Shown here piece by piece: positions 1 to 9,900 of a DNA stretch of 64,000 bases. The position numbers and the translations under genes are program-made. Position 1 is the first letter of the stretch. The number at the start of each line of letters is the position of its first letter. Origin of the DNA: a virus (Duplodnaviria > Caudoviricetes); IMG/VR virus record IMGVR_UViG_3300010965_000005, positions 1 to 64,000 of that record, one strand, 5' to 3'. The notes beneath the pieces were generated by a model. The model saw nothing but the letters and a program-made list of their open reading frames with translations, searched no databases and was not told the DNA's origin.

Positions 1-1464
1 TTCGGGAAGAACTTTGCCGCCGTGATAATTGATGAATGTCACGGCCTGACACCCACCATCAAGGTTATCATAGATGCCATGCGGGACGCCAATGAGAACC
101 TGCGCGTGATCGGACTGTCGGCCACCCCATACCGCATGAACACGGGGTACATCTTCAACAAGTGGCCCGATGGGTCACCTGTGGCGGAATGGCAGACCAA
201 GAATCCGTATTTCGCGGCCTGTGTCCACAGGATCAGGGCGGGCGAGTTGATTGATGAAGGTTTCCTGACCAAGCCCGTGATCTCCGAGACTGGCGCTGAC
301 GGCTATGAGACGCTGAAAATGCAAATCAACAGGACTGGCAACTTCAACAGCGCCGACGTTGATATGGCATACCACGGTCACGGCAGAAAGACGTCCCTGA
401 TCGTGGCGGACATCGTGCGTCGGTCATCTGATCGGCGTGGCGTGATGATCTTCGCCGCCACCATCCAACACGCCGAAGAGGTCATGGCGAGCCTTCCGCC
501 CATCCTGTCGGCCTTGGTGACGGGTGAGACGCCAAAGGCAGAGCGGGACAGCATCCTGCGCCGCTTCAAGGCGCACCAGGTCAAGTATCTAGTCAACGTG
601 TCAGTCCTCACCACGGGGTTTGACGCGCCGCACGTTGATGTCGTGGCCCTACTTCGGGCCACTGAGAGCGTCGGCCTGCTTCAGCAGATGATTGGCCGTG
701 GCCTGCGGGTGGCGGATGGCAAGATAGACTGCCTGATCATGGATTATGCCGAAAACATCGAGCGCCACTGCCCAGATGGCGACATATTCAGCCCTGAAAT
801 CTCCGTCTCGGTCGTTGGGGGCGAGAAGTCAGAGATCAAGGCGGAATGCCCCCTGTGCGGCGCGGACAATCTATTTTCAGGAAGGCCGAATAACGAAGGC
901 TTCAAAATAGATCGCTTCGGACATTTCTTGGACCTTGACGGGAACCCAATCGAAACAGAGTGGGGGCCGATGCCCGCGCATTACGGTCGCCGCTGCCGAT
1001 CAACAGTCAATCTGGCGGGAAATGAGGTCCAGTGCCGCCACCGATGGACATTCAAAAAGTGCGGCCTGTGCGACACAGAAAATGACATCGCGGCCAGATA
1101 TTGCGAGGGATGCAAGGCCGAGATCGTTGACCCGAACCAGAAGCTGGCAATCGACTTCAAGAATTTGAAGAAAGACCCCACCCGACGCCAGACGGACAAG
1201 GTCGTTGAGTGGAGAGAGCGTGACCACATTTCCCACTCTGGAAAGGCCACGCGCAGGGTTGACGTTGTGACCCCATATAGGTCATTCTCGTTCTGGGTGC
1301 TGAAAGAGCCGACGTTCCACAAGGCTAGGGTCCAAAAGTCCCTCTTTAACGAACTCAAGGGCAGTATACCGCTTACGATTACATACATAAAAGATGCTGA
1401 CAGTGGCTTCTACAGCATCTTGGCTTACAATGAGGTTCCAGATGAAAGTTCCAGCGGACATTAG
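1..1464 (+). CDS. SF2 (DEAD/DEAH-box) helicase with C-terminal Cys-rich Zn-binding region, 5'-truncated by window edge
   Basis: Frame is open from base 1 (FGKNFAAVIIDECH). Motifs II DECH, III SAT, V VLTTGFDAP and VI QMIGRGLR are present, as are CxxC pairs (CPLC, CGLC, CEGC). Motif I is upstream of the window. Confidence 0.9.
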   Translation, partial: FGKNFAAVIIDECHGLTPTIKVIIDAMRDANENLRVIGLSATPYRMNTGYIFNKWPDGSPVAEWQTKNPYFAACVHRIRAGELIDEGFLTKPVISETGADGYETLKMQINRTGNFNSADVDMAYHGHGRKTSLIVADIVRRSSDRRGVMIFAATIQHAEEVMASLPPILSALVTGETPKAERDSILRRFKAHQVKYLVNVSVLTTGFDAPHVDVVALLRATESVGLLQQMIGRGLRVADGKIDCLIMDYAENIERHCPDGDIFSPEISVSVVGGEKSEIKAECPLCGADNLFSGRPNNEGFKIDRFGHFLDLDGNPIETEWGPMPAHYGRRCRSTVNLAGNEVQCRHRWTFKKCGLCDTENDIAARYCEGCKAEIVDPNQKLAIDFKNLKKDPTRRQTDKVVEWRERDHISHSGKATRRVDVVTPYRSFSFWVLKEPTFHKARVQKSLFNELKGSIPLTITYIKDADSGFYSILAYNEVPDESSSGH

Positions 1465-1849
1465 GATTTTTGGCGACATGGAGTTTCGGGGGCCATGCGC
1501 CTCCGAGGCTGCCGAGCAGGTGACTTTCTTTGCCCGCCTTCGGAAGCAATATCCGCAGTATGGCAAGATTGCGCTCCACCCACGCAATGAGGGGAAGCGG
1601 ACCCACCTGCAAGCCGCCAAGGAGAAGGCCGAGGGCATGGTGACGGGGGCCACTGACATCATCATCCCATCAAGCCCCAGCTTTGTGTGCGAACTGAAGC
1701 GCAGGAACCACACCCTGTCGTCGTTGCACAAGCCGCAAATAGACTATATGAGCGCGGCGCAGGCGGCTGGTTGCTTCGTGTGTGTCGCATTGGGGGCTGA
1801 CGCTGCGTGGGAGGCGTTTCTGGAGTGGTCTGATGCTAAAGCCCAGTGA
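1442..1849 (+). CDS. VRR-NUC domain nuclease (PD-(D/E)xK fold)
   Basis: GATDIII...CELKR...QIDY...GCFVCVA pattern, directly after the helicase. Start refined to ATG 1442 (track starts at 1394). Confidence 0.8.
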   Translation: MKVPADIRIFGDMEFRGPCASEAAEQVTFFARLRKQYPQYGKIALHPRNEGKRTHLQAAKEKAEGMVTGATDIIIPSSPSFVCELKRRNHTLSSLHKPQIDYMSAAQAAGCFVCVALGADAAWEAFLEWSDAKAQ

Positions 1850-2069
1850 ACGTGTCAGGCGCGTCCTGACGGGCGCTGTGAGGCTGGAAGACGAGGATGC
1901 GGCGATCCAGTCTGTGTGCAGCAAACATATCTATGATGCGGCAGTTTCCATCCTGAAGATGAAAGACAAAATTACGAGGCAGGCAGCCCTGAAAAAGCTG
2001 CCCGAATCCATCCGGCCCCACGTTGAAGATGAAGTGTGGCGGATTCACAAACAGAGGAATCCGAAATGA
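1833..2069 (+). CDS. hypothetical protein
   Basis: ATG 1833 preceded by GGAG; coupled to both neighbours in the + strand cluster. Confidence 0.6.
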   Translation: MLKPSERVRRVLTGAVRLEDEDAAIQSVCSKHIYDAAVSILKMKDKITRQAALKKLPESIRPHVEDEVWRIHKQRNPK

Positions 2070-2293
2070 GATTTTACATTACCATGAACATGCCATCGCG
2101 CAGCGGCAACTCCATTCACCAAATCATCGGTGAGCATCACGCCGTGTCCCTAAAAGAATTTCACGAAACCCTGAATGACGTTGATTTCATTGTGGTCGAA
2201 GAGTTCTACAAGAACCAGAGTGGCGGGTTTTACAGCGTTGGCGAGATCGTCTTGAACACCATGCACATCGGCAAGGTCAAGGTATCGGACTGA
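2066..2293 (+). CDS. hypothetical protein
   Basis: ATGA overlap with the upstream stop (MRFYITMNMP...). Confidence 0.65.
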   Translation: MRFYITMNMPSRSGNSIHQIIGEHHAVSLKEFHETLNDVDFIVVEEFYKNQSGGFYSVGEIVLNTMHIGKVKVSD

Positions 2294-2595
2294 TGACCAA
2301 GAAAAAGACGGTGGCGACCATCACACGCAGCGCGAAGCATCCACGGATCGCGTATATCATCATTCCCAAGGGGATGGTTCCAGACAGTGATCGAGTAGAT
2401 ATTTTGATGAATTCCAAGAAAGTCTTGGCATTTGACTTTCATGCCGAGGGAAAGACGTCAGTATACAAGACCAGCCGTGACGCCGCGACAGTCAGGATCA
2501 ACTTTCCCATCGCGGTGGTTGATGAAATCCCATACGGCGCAATGGACTGCACCCTGGCCCCCAGAGGGGGGCTATTCATCGTCACGGGGCAGTAG
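2293..2595 (+). CDS. hypothetical protein (last gene of + strand block, converges on the late block)
   Basis: TGATG coupling at 2293; ends overlapping the convergent - strand gene. Confidence 0.6.
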   Translation: MTKKKTVATITRSAKHPRIAYIIIPKGMVPDSDRVDILMNSKKVLAFDFHAEGKTSVYKTSRDAATVRINFPIAVVDEIPYGAMDCTLAPRGGLFIVTGQ

Positions 2596-2980
2596 GCCAA
2601 ACCACGTCATTGGGGAACCCAGCCTGCTGCGGGACGTCCAGAAGGGCGATGCGGTAGTCTGCCCACGCCTGCTGCTGATCTGCGCTCAGTGCATTCCAGC
2701 GGAGCGGGTTGCTTACCATAGGGTCAACTTCGGTTGCTAGGATGAAATTGCGCTGACTGCGTACCTGCTTCGCCGTCATCGCATCCAGTTCTTCCTGCGT
2801 CGGCGGGACGTATGGGGCGGTGTCTGGGTCTGCCTCAAGGCGAGCGTATAGCTCTTTGTTGTCAAACTGCTCGCCAGCTTTTGCAGCATCGCAGGTAAAT
2901 GGAATCCACCCAAGGTCTGGGTGATTGATCTCGCAGTCGATGCGGTTCTGGCCTATGTGCTTTGCGTTGCGATATTCCAT
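2582..2980 (-). CDS. tail fibre assembly chaperone
   Basis: VRSQRNFIL...W.DYR.AL.DVPQQ.GFP..VVWP.AP pattern; TAATG coupling to the fibre gene at 2980. Confidence 0.8.
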   Translation of the reverse strand: MEYRNAKHIGQNRIDCEINHPDLGWIPFTCDAAKAGEQFDNKELYARLEADPDTAPYVPPTQEELDAMTAKQVRSQRNFILATEVDPMVSNPLRWNALSADQQQAWADYRIALLDVPQQAGFPNDVVWPTAP

Positions 2981-4053
2981 TATCCTGCTACCTTCAAGAA
3001 TAGGCTTGTGAAATTGTTTCTGGCTGTGGTGAAGGTTTCCCCCATCAACTTCCAAGTTCCAGTTGGCGAGGATGCGTTGAAGTTAAGCTGCGCTGCGCTC
3101 GTCCCGCCGCTGTAATACTCCAATCTGAGCGATGCGTATTTCAGGCTGCTGCCAGCGACATTGGTTCCCAAGTTCAGGTTTATGGGGGTGACGTCCGCAC
3201 CCAAAAACGCATATGTCCCCACGGCATCAAGGGTTCCGCCAGCGATCTTGGACTGGACCAGTGCGGTGGTAACGCCAGCCCCAATTGACTCAAATGTCCG
3301 AAGCGGTGTCATCAGGGTGGTGTTGTTAGTCCCCGTGGTTGCCTCCGACTGGGTTGCCACGCCAGACACAGCGCCCCGTCCAGACAGGTTCAAGTTTGAT
3401 CCCAGAATCGCGCCATAATAAATGGAGCCAGCAACTGTCTGCGTTGTGAGGGTGGATGGGACGACGAAGGTCACCGAGCCGCCAGAAGATGCCGTCACCG
3501 TCCAAACGCCATTGTATCCCGCAGGCGTGACGCCCGTGACGCTGATGACTTGACCAACGGCGATCAGGTATCCACCAGAGAAAGTGATTGTCGCATTGGT
3601 GCCAGAGCATGACGCCCCAGACGTGGTGAAGCCGTTGCCGACTTGCAGGGTTTGCAAGGCAAATACCGACTGATCGTTGGAGAAAAACACCTTCGTTCCG
3701 TCGGAATATACAAGGCGCGTCTGGCCACTTGCAATTGATACGCTTGTGCCGCTGGCGGCATTCTTGACGATCAAGTTGTAATTGCTGGTCGCGCTCTGGT
3801 TTTGCACGATCCACTGGCCCGCCACGGTTGATGGTATTTCAAACGTCACGTCAGTGAGAAATACGCTTGTGTCGGATTTCAAGCACAGGCTTTGCACTTG
3901 AGTGGTGGAAAGGGATATGGTCCCGCTGGTCCCAGAGACAAGGGCGTAATCACCCAGCGCCCGATCAAGGATGTCGGCGTTATCATTCAAGGGAGTATTC
4001 CACCCCGTCGAACCCGCAAGCGGCTTATTCAGTCCTTTATTTGTAGTCATCAA
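2980..4053 (-). CDS. tail fibre / receptor-binding protein, paralog 2
   Basis: Thr/Ser/Gly-rich, contains the ATQ.EA..G..NT..MTPLRT fibre motif and a GTWKLMG tip; followed by a chaperone. Confidence 0.75.
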   Translation of the reverse strand: MMTTNKGLNKPLAGSTGWNTPLNDNADILDRALGDYALVSGTSGTISLSTTQVQSLCLKSDTSVFLTDVTFEIPSTVAGQWIVQNQSATSNYNLIVKNAASGTSVSIASGQTRLVYSDGTKVFFSNDQSVFALQTLQVGNGFTTSGASCSGTNATITFSGGYLIAVGQVISVTGVTPAGYNGVWTVTASSGGSVTFVVPSTLTTQTVAGSIYYGAILGSNLNLSGRGAVSGVATQSEATTGTNNTTLMTPLRTFESIGAGVTTALVQSKIAGGTLDAVGTYAFLGADVTPINLNLGTNVAGSSLKYASLRLEYYSGGTSAAQLNFNASSPTGTWKLMGETFTTARNNFTSLFLKVAG

Positions 4054-4078
4054 TCTACCTCATTGGGATTTTTCAGGC

Positions 4079-4996
4079 TTAACCGAATATTGCAACCGAA
4101 ACCAAGGCAAAGTTGAAGCGACCAGATGACGCGCCAGAACCTGTTTGCAGCGTATGGCTGGTGGTCGTGGACGACATTGACGATATGACTGCCCGCGTCG
4201 TGTCAGCGCCATTCACAGACTGGTTCCCGCCGTAGACCACCGCATAATTTGAATTTGGAAGGGCGGTGGAAAAGTTTACAACGTAAAGACCCGTTGACGA
4301 CCTTGTCACGCTGGATACGTTACCGCTGGAGCGGATTGTGGGTGGGTTTACGGTTCCATCAAAATTAACCCATGCGCGACACGCGAATATTGGCGCATCC
4401 CCAGAGGCATTTATGGCAGTCTTCACGAATGGGCTGTTCGATACTCCAACAGCCTGCTTCGTCCTTAGTGGCGTCATCACAAGCGTGTTATCAGACCCAT
4501 CCAACGCCTCAAGCTGAGTGGCGACACCATCAAGATCGCTGCCACTTAGAGCAAGTACGCCCCCAACCGTTAGGGTTCCGCTGACAGTCGCATTCACAAA
4601 CTCGCCACTGGATGGCGTATCGGCATAAACCACATTCGTGCCGTCCGAGTAGATTGATCGGACTGTGCCGATTGGTATTGTCACGGACGTGCCACCAGCC
4701 GCATTGTTGACGGTAAGGGTGAATGCGCTGCTGCCAGACTGGTTTTGGACCACCCACTGGCCCGCGATACCGCTGGGTATGCGGTATGTGACATTTGCAA
4801 GGAACGCGCTGGTGGTGGACTTGATGCACATATTCTGCACCTGATCAAGGGTAAGGCTCGTCACACCGCTGGTTGAGGAAATCGTGGTGAATGATCCGAA
4901 TGCCTTATCCAAGATGTCGCTATTTGCATTCAGCGGCACATCTCATGCCGTTGCCCCCACCGATGGAAGGTTCAGTCCCTTATTTGTGGTTGCCAT
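4079..4996 (-). pseudogene. tail fibre paralog 1 with in-frame TGA at codon 18 (pseudogene, readthrough or sequence error)
   Basis: ATG 4996 has a GGAG SD and TGATG coupling. It reads MATTNKGLNLPSVGATA*DVPLN, aligning to MTTNKGLNKPLAGSTGWNTPLN of the paralog. The C-terminus has the fibre-tip motif RAWVNFDG...SGNVSSV...GLYVVNF. Confidence 0.7.
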
Positions 4997-6936
4997 CAGA
5001 TGCTCCTATTCGCAATTTCCAGAGCGTTGGCCACGGTGTCGTCTGGCGTGTTAAGCAGCCCCTCTGTGTGGGCGCTCAGGCCCCTCTTAGCACGCTCTGC
5101 GGCCAAAACCAACTGGTCTGCCTCGGCCTCGTGTCCGCCCACCCTGCCGCCAGATTTGCGGCCCATGCGTTGGTCTATGGGGGTGACCGCCGCTCCAACT
5201 ACGCCGCCCGTAATAGGGCTTGCCCCGCTTGCTGGAACTTGGGAAAGACGTTTGATAGCGCCCTGAAGTGGCTCAGAGGCAAGGATATTTCTATATGCTG
5301 ATCCAGCGACATTACGGGCAGACCTAGATGCCGCGCCCGTGGCTGTACCCACGCCCCCAGCAAGCCAAGGGTTCTGTGGAAATATCTTGTTTCCCAACTG
5401 ATACCCCAGAAGGGCAGCACCAGCATCAACCGCATTTCCAATAATTCTCCCCGTCGTGCTTACACTTGGCTGGGGTATCTCCTCAAGTGGAGTGAGGCGC
5501 GCACGGCCAGCACGGGCAAGGTCCGCCATTTCACCTCGACGGCCACGCATAAAGGCTGTTTTTCCCTGATTCGTCAAAGAACCAACCAAATGCTTTGGCA
5601 TGAACATACCTTCATCGCCCATCTTTCCAGCCTTCAGGAGCGCCCCCTCTATGGCAAGGACATCACGATACTGAGAGCGGGCCTTTCCAAGAAGTTTTAT
5701 GTCATCAGCGCGACCAGCTTTGGCAAGCGACCTTCCCACCACATCGTCAAGTACTTTTAGAGTTTCAATTGCTGACTGACGCGCAACCGCAGATGGTGAG
5801 CGAGTCGCGGCGCTGACGGCGCTACGCCAGAGGCCAAGCTGCTTCGCTGGTATTGGCTTCCCAGTCAAATATGAATCTTCAACGGCCTTTTGAATATGGG
5901 AAATTGTCCCAGATTGTAGGCCAGCCTCGACGTCTGTGGAGTACGTTGAAGCTATGTTCTTCATCTTGGCGGAATTCAATCGGGACGGCACAATGTTCAG
6001 TCCCTGCGTCACGCGGGAATATGTGCTGCCACTCTGCCTGCGCGCCTGTTCAAGGACTTCGTTTACGGTCTGCGCCTCACTTGGAATTGCAACGCCAGCA
6101 TTTTTCAAAACTGCATTGCGGAACTGGATCGGCTGGTCTTTTAAGATTTGTGCGGTCCTTGGAGCCTGAGCCTCTCTGGACAAAAGCTGCTGATCCCGTG
6201 TGACATTTCCCGCAGTAGTTTTGACGCCACTTCGATTCAAGACGGAAATCATAGGGTCAATCTTTGACGGTGATGTCGCGGCGCGAATTCCAGTCTCCAA
6301 TCCCGATCCAAGGGGTCCGCCAGCGAATGCCCCAAAAAGGCGCGCATACGCCTCGGCGCTTTCATTATCGGGGAAAAGTTTCTGTGCCGCGAGGCCAGCC
6401 GTTTCACTTGTGATAGCTGGCGCAACAACGTTTCTTGCAAGCCTTGTGAGTGCGGGGCCGAGCAGTTTTCCCTTGCCAGCGGGGAGCGCCATCCCAGGGA
6501 AAAATTCAGCCCCAGTTTGGACGTATCCGCCAGCGGTTGATGTGGGCTTGTAATTCATAACCCCAGGCATCGCCTCCTGATAGAGGTCAGTAACTGGCGA
6601 TAGAGGTTTCGCACTTGCCTCAAGTGCTGGCCGCATGGCGGCAAAATTTTCCTCTTTGGTTTTGCTGGAATCCCAAGCTGGATAATCTTGAGGGGATGGC
6701 CTGCCGCCAGTGAGCGCCGAGTCAATTGCACCAACAATCCCACGCACCAAACCAGTGCCTCCGCTCTTTGCAACATCCGCACTGTCCCACCACGGGCGTG
6801 GCGGTGGGGGCGCTGGCTTTGCGACTTGATATTTGAAATCAGGCGCAGCGTCTTGGGGGACTTCCGCCTGATTTGAGTCTGGGGTTACAACCCTGTATTT
6901 GAATGGGATTTCACCATCCTGATCGAGATCAGCCAT
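4996..6936 (-). CDS. putative internal virion / DNA ejection protein
   Basis: Large Ala/Gly-rich helical protein following the transglycosylase-bearing gene; RKSGGRV motif near the C-terminus. Confidence 0.6.
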   Translation of the reverse strand: MADLDQDGEIPFKYRVVTPDSNQAEVPQDAAPDFKYQVAKPAPPPPRPWWDSADVAKSGGTGLVRGIVGAIDSALTGGRPSPQDYPAWDSSKTKEENFAAMRPALEASAKPLSPVTDLYQEAMPGVMNYKPTSTAGGYVQTGAEFFPGMALPAGKGKLLGPALTRLARNVVAPAITSETAGLAAQKLFPDNESAEAYARLFGAFAGGPLGSGLETGIRAATSPSKIDPMISVLNRSGVKTTAGNVTRDQQLLSREAQAPRTAQILKDQPIQFRNAVLKNAGVAIPSEAQTVNEVLEQARRQSGSTYSRVTQGLNIVPSRLNSAKMKNIASTYSTDVEAGLQSGTISHIQKAVEDSYLTGKPIPAKQLGLWRSAVSAATRSPSAVARQSAIETLKVLDDVVGRSLAKAGRADDIKLLGKARSQYRDVLAIEGALLKAGKMGDEGMFMPKHLVGSLTNQGKTAFMRGRRGEMADLARAGRARLTPLEEIPQPSVSTTGRIIGNAVDAGAALLGYQLGNKIFPQNPWLAGGVGTATGAASRSARNVAGSAYRNILASEPLQGAIKRLSQVPASGASPITGGVVGAAVTPIDQRMGRKSGGRVGGHEAEADQLVLAAERAKRGLSAHTEGLLNTPDDTVANALEIANRSI

Positions 6937-9900
6937 TATTCCTGCCTTTGCCCAATGCTGCCATCTGGCAGAGTGAAGTATCTGTTGACTCCAATTTCAG
7001 AAGGCGGAGTTCCCTTTGGATAAGGTTTCTGCTCCGAACCTGTCTCACCCGCAAAAACTGGCATTTTTTCTTCAACCCCCTTGGTGTAAGAATCAAGTGG
7101 ATGATTTTCAGCAAACCACTTTTCATATTCGTTCACGTCGTAAGGGTTCTCAGCCTGAGCCTGCCATTCCTGATGAAGGCTGTCGTGATCAAGCTGCCTC
7201 ATAAGTGATGACTTTTCAATCACAAGAAGTTTCTTGATTGCATCTGGCTGAAGGCTTGGGCCTGCGGAAGACGTATCAATAAAACTCTTTGCAAAGTCTG
7301 TGGATTCACCGCTTCCCCCGCGAGAGATCACGCCACGGGCTTTTTCTTTGAGGGCCTCCTGAACCAATGCTGCCTGTTCGGCGCTGGTGGCATCGCCATA
7401 GTTGATACCCAATGCTCTGGCCAATGCGCTGATCTGCGCGGTAGGCTCCGCGAGAGCGCCAGCCTCCAGTGTTGAGTATATATTGGCCTGACGATCAACG
7501 GCAGCCATTTGCGGACCAATGGTCGGAATTTCCTGAGCGGCCTTAGTTCGGAAATCTTGAGTATTTTGCACGTTTTGCTGGTCAGTCAGGGCCGCGCCAA
7601 GCCTTGCGCGAGCGGATGCCACTGGGACATTGACCGTCTGGCCTGTCTTTTCATCAATCCCAGTGGTGTATCCGCTTGCCTCAATCTCTTTGATTTTGAC
7701 GTCCGCCTGCTCGGCAGCCCTGCGTTGTGGGGAGCCTTCTGGGGCATTTTTCCATTCATTTGAAACGCGCGTCAGAGACGCATAATCGTTCATAAATGGA
7801 ATTTTGATCCCATCACCCGAATCAACATATCCGCGAGTGTCTTGCAGGGTAATGGGTTTGCCTTCGGCCCCTCTTGGACTTTCGTACACTCCACCGCTTG
7901 GAAGCATATAGCCCAAGCCATTTTTCTGAGCAAACTCCTCCAAGGTCATCCCAGCATATTCTGGATTTGTGAACATGAACTTGTTGTAAAGATCGGATAG
8001 TTTGTCCAAGTTACCAATGTTCGTCTCATTGATTTTTGCCAACTGCCCTTGGCGCGCCATGTAGGTGTTGGCTGCGCCAGACATACCCGCGCCGATGGTG
8101 GGCAGCAGGAATGGCGATGGGTTCGACAGCATATCCCCGATGCCCGCAAACAGCGACAGCATGGCGTCCTTGTTCATCGAGCCGTCTTCTGGGTTGTGCA
8201 TGACCTTGCCCAGCCAGTTGCGGTCCTCGTATGGCTTCACGCCGCCCGCTGGCTGTTGATCGCCGTCCATAGTTGAGAGTGACAGCCTGCTGCCGCCATC
8301 TAAGCCGCCAACGACATCCCCACCCAATCCAGTTGTGGCTTTGATGTAATTTTTTGTCTCGTCTGGCAGATAGTCCATGTAGGAGCCGCCGTGAATGGCT
8401 GCGTTCTCCATCGCCCTGCGAAGCCTTCCTGGCCCAGCATTGTAGGCAGCGGCAGCCTTATCAAGGGAGCCAAACTTGTGGTATTGATGAAGAAAGTAAG
8501 CCTCACCGATGGCCTTGTTATATTCTGTATCATTCAGCCAGCGGTTTTCATCCCATTCTTTTCCTGCAAGAGCGGCTGCCTCTGGGCCAGTCGGCTTGGT
8601 GACTTGAGCGATGCCAGCGGCCCCCTTGGGCGACATGATTGTCTCGCCAGTCTTTGGGTCAAATTGCCGATTTCCGCTCTCTTGATTTAGCATTTTCGTG
8701 TTAAAAAACTCACGAGCGGCATCGTCACCAGATGCAGGCTCCACCGTTGCAACGCCAAGTCCCTCTGGCCGTACCACAGGGCGAATTGACGTGGTGGGAG
8801 CCAGCGGGGAAACGTCCGTGGCGACTGGCGTCTGCGCCACGGGGACTTCTGCCGCAGCCAGACCTTGAGGTCTTACCGCAGGGCGAATGGACGTAGTGGG
8901 GGCCAGCGGGGAGACACCCGTGGCGACTGGTGTTTGATTTGGCTCAGGTCGGACGACTGGGCGAATTGACTCTTTGGGTGCGAAGGGAGAGACTGGCGTT
9001 TCCGTGCCTGGGTCAACAGCGCCATCCGTCTGATACCCGTGACGCCCCCCCGCCACGCCGCCACTGGCGAACTTGTGGGCTTGGCTGTAATCTACGGTCT
9101 TGTATCCTTGGGATTGGCCCACGGCCTCTGGGTGCTTGCGCTCGACCTCGTCCGCCATGAAGCCGACGTGGGTCTGCTGGGCGTCGTCACCCTTGTATTT
9201 GAACGTGTAGATCGGCAGCCCGTTGTGGGTCTTCCCGATTTCCTTGATGTCATGCTTCAGTCGGCGGTCGGAGAACAGGGATGCAATTGTAGCAATTGAC
9301 CCCAGCGTACTGGCGACATCGCTCAGGCCAGATTGCTGCTGACCGTTTCCACCTGCGGACTGGGGTGGGGTCGGTTGCTTTTTGCTGGCCTCTTGATTGG
9401 CGATGATGGAGTCAAGGTATCCACGGTGCTGCTGTGGCGCTACGCCCTGAGCCACGATTGGGGCGGGGATAAGACCACCATCGACGCCGCCACCGTAGGC
9501 TTTTTTACTGTCAAAGATTTTGTAGAACTTGCCATTCTTGCCAAAGGTGTCGCTCAATTGGCTCAGGTCTTTGCCTGCGCCTGCGGCGGCAGACAACATA
9601 TCCGCCAAGCCCTGCTGCTGCTGGCTCAAGAAATTTGGATCGGCAACCATCACGTCGCCAACAGGCAGATAACCCTCTGGCACATATCCCGCAGAGCCTG
9701 GCTGCGAACCTACGGGGGAGCCATACGGCCCCGCAACGCCACCCGACGCAAACGCCTCGCCACGGTGGTGGGGATGGACGCCGCCGCCCATGCTCTCGGT
9801 AGCCTTGTCGTAGTTGACGGTCTTGTAGCCGCTGGGGTCGAGGCCGACAGCCTCTGGATGCTTCTTCTCAACCTCGTCGGCCATGAAACCGACATGGGTC

